Source: Tissierellia bacterium (lineage in GTDB: Bacteria; Bacillota; Clostridia; Peptostreptococcales; Acidaminobacteraceae). Taken from it: a stretch of DNA of 62,701 nucleotides. Each line of letters opens with the position of its first letter. Position 1 is the first letter of the stretch. The position numbers and the translations under genes were made by a program. Under the pieces are notes generated by a model. It was given only the letters and a program-made list of their open reading frames with translations, did no database searches and was not told where the DNA came from. This document shows, one piece after another, positions 1 through 9,401 of this stretch. The stretch lies in assembly GCA_012799095.1 (NCBI GenBank), contig JAAZLX010000151.1, positions 1 to 62,701 on the forward strand. The letters are read 5' to 3'.

Positions 1-556
1 TACAAGAACGTTTACACAAAACTCTTTACACTACCAAATTGAAGCTAGGGATCTATATAATATTGTTCTTGAAGATATACAATATCATGGAAATATGGCA
101 CTATCTGCTAAAGAAGACTTTGTAGAAAAGATAATAGAAAAGATTGAGGTAGAAAAAATTGACGAGGGAAAAGAACTATCTAATAAGCTGGAGCTTAAAA
201 AGAACCAGTTAGCAGAATTAGATAGAAGCTACGAACAGTTATATGAAGATAGGTTAGAGGGAAATATAACCGAAAGAAACTTCAATCTAATGAATGTGAG
301 CATATCTAAAAAACAAGACAAGTTAATCGAGGAAATCAAAGTCTTAGAGGGCGATATAGAAGTATCTTTAGAAACTGAAGATAACTACAAAAAATTTATG
401 AATAATATTAGCAAGTACGCTAAGATAAAATCGCTAAACAGATATATCCTAAATCAAGTTATAGATAAAATATATGTCTATGACAAGGAAGAAATAGACG
501 GACAAATTAGCCAAAAGGTTGAAATTCACTACAAGTTTATAGGTAAATTAAATTGA
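1..556 (+). mobile_element. Terminal segment of an integrated mobile element (edge carrying the recombinase gene)
   Basis: The block is visibly AT-rich (about one third G+C by eye) up to the recombinase stop at 554-556. Composition then switches abruptly to that of the rest of the window. The recombinase gene lies at the very edge of the AT-rich block. Confidence 0.6.
2..556 (+). CDS. Large serine recombinase, C-terminal part (5' end lies outside the window)
   Basis: The frame is open from base 2 (RTFTQNSLHYQIEARDLYNIVLEDIQ...). A long coiled-coil segment is followed by a DUF4368-like tail (YILNQVIDKIYVYDKEE...KVEIHYKFIG), as in TndX/TnpX/SpoIVCA-type recombinases. Confidence 0.75.
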   Translation, partial: TRTFTQNSLHYQIEARDLYNIVLEDIQYHGNMALSAKEDFVEKIIEKIEVEKIDEGKELSNKLELKKNQLAELDRSYEQLYEDRLEGNITERNFNLMNVSISKKQDKLIEEIKVLEGDIEVSLETEDNYKKFMNNISKYAKIKSLNRYILNQVIDKIYVYDKEEIDGQISQKVEIHYKFIGKLN

Positions 557-771
557 CCACTTCGGACTACTCACCAGATTTTGATGGCCAAGGCAGGTTT
601 AAAAACAACGTACAATATACTGCGGTCATGACGATAACTCCCGCTGCAGGTTATTCGATTACGGCTGACACAAGCCTTAGCGTAGTCGGTGCAACCTCGG
701 TCAATATCAACTATGGTCCGGATAGTGTAATTGTAACTGCGATCTTCCCTTTGACTTCTCCTGGTCCGTAA
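553..771 (+). pseudogene. Probable 3' remnant of a host gene interrupted by the element (72 codons)
   Basis: Only a TTG start is available and there is no Shine-Dalgarno. Upstream, the frame is closed by TAA 544-546 inside the AT-rich element. Composition is host-like and a terminator-like structure follows. I did not recognise the product. Confidence 0.35.
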
Positions 772-822
772 CTAGATCACGCCTCAAGGAAGTCATCCAT
801 GCACAAATAGACCGACAAAAAT

Positions 823-882
823 ACGCCTTTCCTTACGGCATAGTGGAAGACCCGCTATTCTGTTCGGAAAGGTGTTTTTCTT
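823..882 (+). terminator. Extended hairpin plus U-run, candidate terminator of the remnant gene
   Basis: A 10-bp outer stem (823-832 / 866-875, one G-U) encloses a 7-bp inner stem (840-846 / 852-858). TTTTTCTT follows. Confidence 0.45.
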
Positions 883-949
883 GTAACCATTGGTCTATTG
901 CTTTAATCTATGTCACACGTATTGAATTCTCAAGTGTCTCAATCCATAA

Positions 950-978
950 TAAAAAACCGGTTGGAAACCCAACCGGTA
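950..978 (-). terminator. Rho-independent terminator of the Fe-S protein gene
   Basis: A 9-bp stem (956-964 / 969-977) is flanked by an A6 run on the plus strand, which is a U-run on the minus strand. It lies just 3' of the stop at 983. Confidence 0.75.
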
Positions 979-982
979 GGAA

Positions 983-1675
983 TTAGAGTATTTCTCCTTC
1001 GGCACTGATCGTGACCTCGGCATATGGCACGATGGCACCGGATTGTTTGATTGCATCCTGGACAACTCGGGTCATCCCACCGCAGCACGGGACGCTCATC
1101 CGAACAACGGTCACACTGGCGATGTCGTTTTGCATGAATATCTGGGTCAATTTTTCCCGGTAGGCCGAGGTGTCATCGAGTTTGGGACAGCCGATGATGG
1201 TAACTTTCCCCCGCATAAACTTATGATGAAAATCACCATAGGCATACGAGGTGCAATCAGCCGCAATCAACAGGTTGGCACCTTGCAGATAGGGCGCGTT
1301 CGGATTGACCAGGTGAAGCTGGACCGGCCATTGACGAAGTTCGGAATTTATCGGTTGAGTCGTTTGAGGCTTTGGTTTTACGCTCAGACTAGCCAGGGTC
1401 TTAGGTTGGCTGCCGGCACAAGAAGTCCGGGTGGTTTGCTTTAAGGCAAAGTCTTTTCGACTCTCATCAAAAGCGGATGTTTCTTTTTCTATCAGCTTGA
1501 TCGCATCCACCGGGCAATTGGGTAGACACATCCCCAGGCCGTCACAGTAGGAATCACTCATCAGTTTGGCCTTGCCATCTACCAATTGAATCGCCCCCTG
1601 GTGGCATGCCTTGGTACAAAGACCACAGCCAATGCAGAGGTCTTGATCTATTTCAATCACTTGTCGTTTTGTCAT
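983..1675 (-). CDS. 4Fe-4S dicluster domain protein with an uncharacterised Cys-rich C-terminal domain
   Basis: Ferredoxin motifs CIGCGLCTKAC and CLPNCP are present, and the C-terminus carries PCCGGM. I chose the ATG at 1675 (AAGGAG lies 10 nt upstream) rather than the GTG at 1684. Confidence 0.7.
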   Translation of the reverse strand: MTKRQVIEIDQDLCIGCGLCTKACHQGAIQLVDGKAKLMSDSYCDGLGMCLPNCPVDAIKLIEKETSAFDESRKDFALKQTTRTSCAGSQPKTLASLSVKPKPQTTQPINSELRQWPVQLHLVNPNAPYLQGANLLIAADCTSYAYGDFHHKFMRGKVTIIGCPKLDDTSAYREKLTQIFMQNDIASVTVVRMSVPCCGGMTRVVQDAIKQSGAIVPYAEVTISAEGEIL

Positions 1676-1898
1676 ATGTAGCACTCTCCTTAATAAAAAC
1701 AGTCTATACCATTCCGATATTTAATTCAGTAACATTTGGTACATGAGAGCCATTTATGTCCCTTTATATATTCCTGTAACTTCCGTTGCAATTGCCTGAT
1801 AAAAACGTAACAAAATGTATATTTTAAGGATTATTAGCCCAATTCTCTACTATAGCTCGGGATGTTAGGGTATGATAAAGAGTAGAAAGGAAGTGTAA

Positions 1899-2636
1899 AT
1901 GAGTAAAATTTATGCCAAAGTCGCGGGAGTGGAAATCACTCGCGAGACGCTAGATGAACTGATCCAGTCCATGCCGCAGCAGTATGCCCAACAGCTACAG
2001 CAAGCAGGCGATGATGCACTGGTCGAAGAAGCGATCAATCAGGAGCTGTTCCTGCTGGACGCAAAAGAACAAAACCTGGAAGAAACACCGATCTACCAAG
2101 CAGAGATGAAACGCCTGCAAAAGCAATTGTTACGCGGTGTAGCCATTAATTCCGTGTTGGAAAATGTTACAGCCAGTGAGGAAGAGATCAAGGCTTATTA
2201 TGATGAGCAGGGTCACGAGTTTATGGCTGAGGAAGAGATCAGTGCCAGCCACATCCTGGTAGAGGATGAAGCGACAGCCAACGATGTTAAACGTCGTTTG
2301 GATGACGGTGAAGATTTTGCTGATGTCGCCCGTGAATTGTCGACCTGCCCCTCAAATGAAAACGGAGGCAACCTGGGTCATTTCACTCGCGGACGGATGG
2401 TGCCGGAGTTTGAAGAAGCTGCGTTTGCCCTTGAGCTTGATGAAGTATCTAAACCGGTAAAAACTCAGTTTGGTTACCACATTATTAAGCTGGATCACCG
2501 GCATGAAGCCAGAAAACAGGAGCTGGAAGAAGTCAAAGATCAAATTGGTCAGAATCTGCGTAATTTCAAACAACAAGAAGCTTATACAGAATATCTTGAT
2601 CAACTGAAAGCCAAATATCCCGTCGAAAGAGAATAG
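1899..2636 (+). CDS. PpiC/parvulin-type peptidyl-prolyl cis-trans isomerase
   Basis: Parvulin core is present: SASHILV...GGNLGHFTRGRMVPEFEEAAF...FGYHIIK. No obvious signal peptide. Confidence 0.8.
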   Translation: MSKIYAKVAGVEITRETLDELIQSMPQQYAQQLQQAGDDALVEEAINQELFLLDAKEQNLEETPIYQAEMKRLQKQLLRGVAINSVLENVTASEEEIKAYYDEQGHEFMAEEEISASHILVEDEATANDVKRRLDDGEDFADVARELSTCPSNENGGNLGHFTRGRMVPEFEEAAFALELDEVSKPVKTQFGYHIIKLDHRHEARKQELEEVKDQIGQNLRNFKQQEAYTEYLDQLKAKYPVERE

Positions 2637-2662
2637 GATCTACCTGAATTTTCAGAAACCGG

Positions 2663-2686
2663 GCCCGTCGAAAGACGGGCTTTTCA
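2663..2686 (+). terminator. Rho-independent terminator
   Basis: GCCCGTC-GAAA-GACGGGC followed by TTTT. Confidence 0.7.
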
Positions 2687-2710
2687 GGTATAATAAATTA
2701 GGAGGTCAAG

Positions 2711-3091
2711 ATGGCATTTATATCGCTTGATCAAATGACAGAAATACTCGAGGAATTGGTCGATGAACTGCCGCAACGGTTGTTCGACGGTTTGAATCAG
2801 GGGATCATTATCAAAGAAGAGGCCAAGCTTCATGCTCAGTCTAAACCGGAGCGCCCCTTGTATATCCTGGGTGAATATACCCGATCCAAACTGGGCAAAC
2901 AGATCCTGATCTACTATGGTTCATTTAAACAAACTCACGGTCACTTATCCCAGGAGAACATCAAAGATAAGTTGCGTGATACCCTGCGCCATGAGTTCCG
3001 CCACCACTGGGAATATTTGGCCGGCGAGCAGGATCTGGCTTATCTGGACGACGAATTTTTACGAAAATACATCTTTGGTACCGAACGCTAA
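2711..3091 (+). CDS. Small zincin-like metallopeptidase family protein (DUF1025-like)
   Basis: HExxH motif (HEFRH) near the C-terminus. AGGAGG Shine-Dalgarno upstream. Confidence 0.55.
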   Translation: MAFISLDQMTEILEELVDELPQRLFDGLNQGIIIKEEAKLHAQSKPERPLYILGEYTRSKLGKQILIYYGSFKQTHGHLSQENIKDKLRDTLRHEFRHHWEYLAGEQDLAYLDDEFLRKYIFGTER

Positions 3092-3107
3092 CAGAAACTG
3101 AGGTCAT

Positions 3108-4436
3108 ATGAAACGCAAAATCTTTATTATGATCATCGCGATAACATTGTTATTCCCGGTGTTTTTTGCTTTCCGATCTCAACCTATCACTTATTGGTTG
3201 ACCGGATCTGACTATCGGATCAAAGAAAGTCTATCGCAACCTGCCTTAGCCAATTCAGCCAATCTGATCAGTCTTGATTTTATAGAGCCCGACCTGAGTC
3301 GGATGCCTTTTTTACTCAATCTCGAGGGTCAACACTTGTTTGGCGGGCGTCCGTTTTCGGTTGAATTTTATCCCGGAGGGGCTATCCTGACCGACAAAGA
3401 CGACAAGGTCGGTGTGATCGATGACACCGGGCAGACGATCATTCCATTTGATTATGATCGGATCCAGTATAGTGATGATACCTTTATGGCGACAGCCAGC
3501 GGCAAACCGACTGTTTACTATGCTGCATCGGGTCAGCCGCTGTTTCAAACGTCCCAACCGCTTCAAACGCCGTTTTCCGATGGACTGGTATATCTTACCA
3601 ATGGTGTGCATAATACGACCGGCAAGATGATCTTCAATCCGGAAGCACCTATTCTCAAAGGTTTTAAAGACGGTGTGGCAGCTGCGGCCAATGGTCGTGA
3701 GATCGTGGTCTATCGTAAGGATGGTTATATCCTGGCCCGTTTACCCTATAAGGAAGTCTATGACTGGATCGACGGTTATGTCCTGGCGGGAGAGGGGGAC
3801 AACCGGGTCCTGGTCAACTATGACAACGAGGTCCTGCTACGGCTGCGGGTCGAAGGCGATGGTCAGTTTGTTGTGACTACGCCTGCCGGAGATAATTTTG
3901 CCGGGTTGAAATATGATCAGATCGAGTTGTTGGAAGAAGATTCTCTGATGCTGCGCCATCGGCTGACCTATCGGTATTACGATTTTTCAGGCAATCCTCT
4001 GATCAATCCGAATATCGGCTTACTGGAACCGTTTCAGGACGGTTACAGTCTGAGTCAATCAGGTGGTCAAGTTCAGATCTATCATCAGTCCGGCCGACTG
4101 GTCAAATCGGTCCCGGGGGACTATGTCGCCGACTCATTGTCTGAAGGCACCTTTGTGGTAGCTCGTCCCAGTCTGAACGGTCAAGACAGTCACTATCTGT
4201 GTTCGATTACCGGAAAACAACTGAGTTACCGGCCATTAAACCGGATCATGCCGCGACGATTCGGCATATCTGTGGTGTTTCAGGCCGACAAGGGGATCGG
4301 TTATTTGCGGGATGAACCGGCAACGGAGTGGGTGTTTGTTCCCTCCAAGCTGTTACAGGCCGGACGCTGGAGCCTGCCGATCGGCGCAGTGATAACACTG
4401 TTATTATATTTATTTATCCGACGTTACAAATTGTGA
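3108..4436 (+). CDS. WG-repeat (KWG-like) protein with N- and C-terminal hydrophobic helices
   Basis: Repeated units of the type GVIDDTGQTIIPFDYDRI. Hydrophobic N-terminus, and a C-terminal helix (WSLPIGAVITLLLYLFI). Confidence 0.6.
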   Translation: MKRKIFIMIIAITLLFPVFFAFRSQPITYWLTGSDYRIKESLSQPALANSANLISLDFIEPDLSRMPFLLNLEGQHLFGGRPFSVEFYPGGAILTDKDDKVGVIDDTGQTIIPFDYDRIQYSDDTFMATASGKPTVYYAASGQPLFQTSQPLQTPFSDGLVYLTNGVHNTTGKMIFNPEAPILKGFKDGVAAAANGREIVVYRKDGYILARLPYKEVYDWIDGYVLAGEGDNRVLVNYDNEVLLRLRVEGDGQFVVTTPAGDNFAGLKYDQIELLEEDSLMLRHRLTYRYYDFSGNPLINPNIGLLEPFQDGYSLSQSGGQVQIYHQSGRLVKSVPGDYVADSLSEGTFVVARPSLNGQDSHYLCSITGKQLSYRPLNRIMPRRFGISVVFQADKGIGYLRDEPATEWVFVPSKLLQAGRWSLPIGAVITLLLYLFIRRYKL

Positions 4437-4495
4437 TTCCTGTCGGGTTTTCAACGGCAGATATGGGTCTGCTATAATAGTTATAAGGAGAGTCT

Positions 4496-5446
4496 ATGCA
4501 AATATTAATTCGAGATTTTATCACTGGTGACCGGATCGAAGGCTATTATTTGATCAAAGCCCTCAACCTGAAAACCAGTTCCAATAACAAAAAATACCTT
4601 GATCTGATGCTGGCCGACAAGTCGGGTGAGGTCAACGCCAAGATCTGGGATGTCGATCAGGAAATTGAACAGTCCTATCATTTAGGCGATATCATCAAGG
4701 TCCGAGGGGATGTTACCCTGTGGATGGATCAGATGCAATTAAAGGTCATCCGGACCCGTCCCCTGGAATATGGTGAAGAAGTCGACTATGATTCCTTGAT
4801 ACCGAGCGCACCGATGAAAGGTGCCGACATGCTTGCGTTTATTGAAGCCAAGGTATCGGCCCTGGAAGATATTGAAATCAAGCGTTTGCTTGAGCATGTG
4901 ATATCTGTAAATCGGGAAAAACTGTTGTATTATCCGGCGGCCATGAGAAATCATCATGCCATTCGCGGAGGACTGCTTTATCACCTCTACCGAATGATCG
5001 AGAGTGGAGAAGCTCTGTGTAAGATCTATCAACTCAACTGGGATCTGGTCTTAGCCGGGATCCTACTGCATGATATCGACAAGCTGAATGAAATGGAATC
5101 AAATGAATTAGGCATTGTCAGCGGCTATACGACTGACGGTCAATTGCTGGGACATCTCGTCACCGGTGTAGTGGCTGTCGATCGCTGGTGTGAGGAACTC
5201 TCGATCAGTCATGAGATCCGACGACTGATTCAGCACATGATTTTAAGTCATCACTATGAACCGGAATACGGTTCGCCCAAGAAGCCCCACTTTGCCGAAG
5301 CGGAACTGTTACATCATCTTGATATGATCGATGCCAGAATTTATGATATTGAAAAGGCGACCAATGATCTGAAACCGGGTACTTTTTCAGAACCGATTTT
5401 CTCGCTTGAACGCCGCCGGGTCTACCGTCCGATATTAGAGGAATAA
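4496..5446 (+). CDS. yhaM: YhaM-type 3'-5' exoribonuclease (OB-fold plus HD domain)
   Basis: The N-terminal OB-fold region (GYYLIKALNLKTSSNNKKYLDLMLADKSGEVNAKIWD) and HD motif (LLHDIDK) resemble the Bacillus YhaM family. Confidence 0.75.
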   Translation: MQILIRDFITGDRIEGYYLIKALNLKTSSNNKKYLDLMLADKSGEVNAKIWDVDQEIEQSYHLGDIIKVRGDVTLWMDQMQLKVIRTRPLEYGEEVDYDSLIPSAPMKGADMLAFIEAKVSALEDIEIKRLLEHVISVNREKLLYYPAAMRNHHAIRGGLLYHLYRMIESGEALCKIYQLNWDLVLAGILLHDIDKLNEMESNELGIVSGYTTDGQLLGHLVTGVVAVDRWCEELSISHEIRRLIQHMILSHHYEPEYGSPKKPHFAEAELLHHLDMIDARIYDIEKATNDLKPGTFSEPIFSLERRRVYRPILEE

Positions 5447-6495
5447 TGTTTAAACGCAACTGGAGTATCTGGCTCCTGCTCATCCTGACACTTGGGGTTA
5501 TTTTGACCCGATATTTCAGTGACCACTTTGCCCGCGATCAGCGGATCTCGATTGAAGATTTTCGGATCGAAGAAGTGGCATTGGATGCTGATGGCCCACA
5601 GGACACAGCTTATGTCTGGGACGAAGAGATTCGATTGGCAAGTGATGAGAGTCTGTATGATGTTTCAGCCTTTGACGGCATGGCTTATTATGTCACGGCC
5701 GTAAATCAGTTGCGTGAACAGTATGCCTATACCTATCGGTTTTACCGATATGGCACAGAACCTGAATTGATCACCGAACTGCCGGACGCGAAGCCACATC
5801 GGCTCAACATTGCGGCTATTGATAGTTCGGCGATTATTTTTGCCAAAGAATATTCTGACGGCAAGACGGAGTTGGCCGGTTATCATTTTGCCAGTGGACA
5901 ATTTTCAGCCATCAGTCAGTGGGATGGACCGCCTTCACGAGCCAAGATCAGTTATTTTCAAAACACCGTAGGTTTGGTCATCGATAACACCTGGGGCATT
6001 TATAATCTCCAGGGACAGATCCGCCCGGTGAGAAAGAATTTGCCTGCCGGGTCCATCGTCCGTTCATTAAGTGCGGGACCGGGTTCTGCTCTGATCTATT
6101 ATGAAGTGGATGAGCTGCGTTATTTGATGTTATATCAGTTTGGTTCGCAGCAGAGCACAACCTGGCTGGTCAATGACCGAGTCAACCGGATCTACCTTCA
6201 GACCGGTTGGGCAATAACTCAATCTGACAATGGACTTCAGCTGTATACCTGGCCCAATCTATCTATCCAGCGTCTGACTGTCACCGGCAATCTGAATTCA
6301 TTGCAGGTGATAAGCGACCGGTTGATCGATATCCGTTTGCTGGGTTCGCGTAACAGACCATATATCTTTGACATGTCAGATAGGCAGACGATATTCAGCC
6401 AGCAGGTCGACGTGTCCGGCTCAGCCAATGAGACCATCAGATACTATTATGTACCGGCGGTCGATCGGATCAACCGATTACGATTTGTCGATTAG
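5446..6495 (+). CDS. Hypothetical membrane-anchored protein
   Basis: N-terminal TM helix (WSIWLLLILTLGVILT). The start overlaps the yhaM stop (TAATG). No recognisable domain. Confidence 0.5.
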   Translation: MFKRNWSIWLLLILTLGVILTRYFSDHFARDQRISIEDFRIEEVALDADGPQDTAYVWDEEIRLASDESLYDVSAFDGMAYYVTAVNQLREQYAYTYRFYRYGTEPELITELPDAKPHRLNIAAIDSSAIIFAKEYSDGKTELAGYHFASGQFSAISQWDGPPSRAKISYFQNTVGLVIDNTWGIYNLQGQIRPVRKNLPAGSIVRSLSAGPGSALIYYEVDELRYLMLYQFGSQQSTTWLVNDRVNRIYLQTGWAITQSDNGLQLYTWPNLSIQRLTVTGNLNSLQVISDRLIDIRLLGSRNRPYIFDMSDRQTIFSQQVDVSGSANETIRYYYVPAVDRINRLRFVD

Positions 6496-6513
6496 AAGCA
6501 AACCATTCATTTT

Positions 6514-6541
6514 AAAAGGCTGCCCTGAGAGGCAGCCTTGG
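6514..6541. terminator. Hairpin between convergent genes, possibly a bidirectional terminator
   Basis: 9-bp stem AAGGCTGCC / GGCAGCCTT with a 6-nt loop. The flanking T/A runs are weak. Confidence 0.5.
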
Positions 6542-6542
6542 C

Positions 6543-7076
6543 TTATTCTTGATTTTGTTCCAGCTCTTGTGCCTGATCCTGGCGCATATGGCAGTGTTTG
6601 TACTTCTTACCGCTGCCGCAGTGGCATGGATCATTCCGGCCGGGTGTATCCTGCTTAAAGACGGTGCCTTCCCGGGCGTATTTTCGTTTGATATCCAGTC
6701 GGGTTTCCTTGTCCAGGATATCATCCCATTCATCCAGACCGGAGAGCCATTTGGCTTTGGCTTTGAGCATATTCAAATACAGCTCCTGATAGTCGATCTC
6801 AAGACGGACCGGACTGGTTTCCTCAAGTTCTTCCAGCTCGACCGGAGTTTTGATCGATTCATTGATGCCATCGATAAAACCGGCCATTACCGGGTTCTCC
6901 AGACCGAAACGTTGAGCCAGTTCTTCCAGTGTGCCTTCGATCACATCAGGCTGCTGTTGTAAAATCTGCTGATAGACATCTTTTTCGACCGGGAAATACT
7001 CGTTCCAGAACATTGCCCGCTGTTGATCATTCAGTCCGGTGTCGGACATCTGTTGCCATAGTTTATAAACTTTCAT
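6543..7076 (-). CDS. SEC-C metal-binding motif protein
   Basis: C-terminal CHCGSGKKYKHCH (SEC-C motif). GAGGT Shine-Dalgarno. Confidence 0.7.
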   Translation of the reverse strand: MKVYKLWQQMSDTGLNDQQRAMFWNEYFPVEKDVYQQILQQQPDVIEGTLEELAQRFGLENPVMAGFIDGINESIKTPVELEELEETSPVRLEIDYQELYLNMLKAKAKWLSGLDEWDDILDKETRLDIKRKYAREGTVFKQDTPGRNDPCHCGSGKKYKHCHMRQDQAQELEQNQE

Positions 7077-7207
7077 CTTTACCTCACTTTATCTACCTCT
7101 TCTATTATAAAGAAGCCAGTTAAAACGTCAACGATTGATTGCATAAAGCTAATGGGCAGCTTAACAAATGGCAAATGAAATTATGTTATTATGGAGGCGG
7201 AGGTATT

Positions 7208-8053
7208 ATGGCAAACATTTATTACTCGGATATGGACGGTACCCTCCTCAACGCTGTCGGCCGACTCGAATCACATCAACGTGAGCGTCTACGCAGGCTG
7301 TTGCTTGAAGGAGTTCAGTTCAGTGTCGCTACCGGGCGAAACATGCACATGATCCGAAGTGAACTGAAGGATCTACCGATCGTCCTTCCGGTGATCGAGA
7401 ATAACGGCAGCTATTTGACCGATTATCAAACGGGTGAAAAACTGGTGGTAAATTACTTTCCCCATGATCATCTCCGTGAGATCATCAATGTGTTCATGGG
7501 CTCATCCACCAGCCCCATGTTCCTTTTGATCGAAGATGGAGTTGAAAAAACATATGCCTCGAACAATCAATTGAACGAAGGGATGTTGCAATTTCGTGAG
7601 TTTCGACGGTCGCTGGGAGAAGAAACGTTTGAATTGATCGATGATCTCAGTGGACTTCCGTTTCATCAGCTGGTAAACCTCCAGGCGGTCGGTCGTGAAG
7701 ACGAGATCCTGGAGCTGACCAAAATTCTTGAGACATTTCCCGAACGCTACGAAGTCCATGCCATGAACACCTACGACGGCTGGTGGTATGCCAATATCGC
7801 ATCGCATGATTCGTCGAAGGCTCATGGACTCGAACTGGTACGTCAGCAATTAAAACCGGAAGATCAGATCATCGTGTTTGGCGACAATGTCAATGACATT
7901 CCGATGCTCAAGGTGGCTGACATCAGTATCGCTGTAAACAATGCACTGCCCATGGTCAAGCAGGCAGCTGATATCGTCATCGGTAATCATGGGGATGGTG
8001 CCGTGATAGATTTTATTGAACAACACCGTGATAAAAAGATTGTGATCAAGTAG
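7208..8053 (+). CDS. Cof-type HAD-IIB hydrolase (phosphatase)
   Basis: DMDGTLL motif I and GDNVNDIPM motif IV are present. I chose the ATG at 7208, behind GGAGGCGGAGG, rather than the track start at 7139. Confidence 0.75.
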   Translation: MANIYYSDMDGTLLNAVGRLESHQRERLRRLLLEGVQFSVATGRNMHMIRSELKDLPIVLPVIENNGSYLTDYQTGEKLVVNYFPHDHLREIINVFMGSSTSPMFLLIEDGVEKTYASNNQLNEGMLQFREFRRSLGEETFELIDDLSGLPFHQLVNLQAVGREDEILELTKILETFPERYEVHAMNTYDGWWYANIASHDSSKAHGLELVRQQLKPEDQIIVFGDNVNDIPMLKVADISIAVNNALPMVKQAADIVIGNHGDGAVIDFIEQHRDKKIVIK

Positions 8054-8065
8054 GAGGTCAAGCAG

Positions 8066-9295
8066 ATGAAACTAAGAGGGAAGATGTTGATTGCCCAGGG
8101 CGGTGGTCCGACAGCGGTAATCAATCAGTCGTTTGTCGGAGCAGTCCTGGAAGCCAAGAAAAACCCCAACATTACTGAGATATATGGAGCGATACATGGT
8201 GTGGAGGGGATCGTCAATGAAGACTTTATTGATTTGACCCTGGAGACTGAGGATAATTTAAAGCTATTGGCTCAAACACCGGCTTCAGCTTTGTTAAGCA
8301 CCCGGGTCAAACCGGATAGGGCATATTGTGAAAAAATGTTTGAAGTCATGCGCCACCATGATGTCCGATATTTCTTTTATATCGGAGGCAATGATTCTTC
8401 CGACACCGTTCGGATCGTGAAAGAGTTTGCAGTCGATGAGGATTACGACCTGGTAGCGGTTCATATTCCGAAAACGATCGATAATGATCTGATGGAAAAT
8501 GACCATACCCCGGGCTTTGGTTCAGCTGCCCGGTTTGTCGTTCAGGCGATGATGGGTGTCAACCAGGATAATCGGGCGCTGGCCGGAGTGTATATAGGCA
8601 TTATTATGGGACGCCATGCCGGATTTTTAACGGCGGCATCAGCGTTGGCGAGGATCTACGAAGATGACGGTCCCCATCTGATCTACTGCCCCGAAATACC
8701 GTTTCACGTCGATCAATTCCTAAGCGACATCAAAAGAGTCTATGACAAACACGGTCGCTGCATTGTGGCTGTGAGCGAGGGAATATCGGACGAAAAGGGT
8801 GAGCCGATCATTGCCCAGCTGATGGATTGTGAGCGTGATGAACATGGCAATATCCAACTCTCAGGTACCGGTGCACTCGGTGATGAACTGGTAGCTGAGG
8901 TTAAAGAAAAGCTCGGGATCAACCGAGTCCGGTGCGACACCTTTGGCTATCTGCAACGAAGCTTTGCCGGGATCGTCAGTGACAGCGACGCGATCGAAGC
9001 CCGCGAAGTCGGTGAGATGGCAGCCAAGTATGCCTTTGACGGACGGACCGGATCGGTCACGATCAAACGGGTGGGTGATTATGCCGTGGAATACGAGCTG
9101 GTCGATCTGTCCATGGTAGCCGCCAAGACGAAAGTGATGGCAAATAACTTCTTTAACAAAGACGGCAATGATGTCACAAAAGTTTTTATCGACTACTGCC
9201 GGCCTTTGGTTGGAACCGGATTACCTCATCCGGGCCGCCTGAGAGCGCCGATGGTGGAAAAGAGTTATCAGAAAAAATTCAACAACAAAGCATGA
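8066..9295 (+). CDS. pfp: 6-phosphofructokinase family, probably pyrophosphate-dependent (Pfp type)
   Basis: PFK motifs are present: AQGGGPTAVIN, IGGNDS, PKTIDNDL, MGRHAG. Asp in the GGxDS position and Lys in PKTIDND are features associated with PPi-PFKs. Confidence 0.65.
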   Translation: MKLRGKMLIAQGGGPTAVINQSFVGAVLEAKKNPNITEIYGAIHGVEGIVNEDFIDLTLETEDNLKLLAQTPASALLSTRVKPDRAYCEKMFEVMRHHDVRYFFYIGGNDSSDTVRIVKEFAVDEDYDLVAVHIPKTIDNDLMENDHTPGFGSAARFVVQAMMGVNQDNRALAGVYIGIIMGRHAGFLTAASALARIYEDDGPHLIYCPEIPFHVDQFLSDIKRVYDKHGRCIVAVSEGISDEKGEPIIAQLMDCERDEHGNIQLSGTGALGDELVAEVKEKLGINRVRCDTFGYLQRSFAGIVSDSDAIEAREVGEMAAKYAFDGRTGSVTIKRVGDYAVEYELVDLSMVAAKTKVMANNFFNKDGNDVTKVFIDYCRPLVGTGLPHPGRLRAPMVEKSYQKKFNNKA

Positions 9296-9303
9296 TCAGA
9301 AAC

Positions 9304-9327
9304 GGCCCAGCAATGGGCCTTTTTTTA
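9304..9327 (+). terminator. Rho-independent terminator
   Basis: GGCCCA-GCAA-TGGGCC followed by T7. Confidence 0.8.
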
Positions 9328-9401
9328 GTCATCTGCATGCACCGGCCCGATAATTTACCATCCGACTTTCTTTCAGACCCGTCTACAGATATAATAAACC
9401 T

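Noticed and set aside
1043-1444. 133-aa plus-strand ORF inside the Fe-S protein gene
   Set aside because: It is entirely antisense to a well-supported ferredoxin-domain gene. It has no Shine-Dalgarno and its translation is Gly/Arg-rich and looks like nonsense. This is a shadow ORF.
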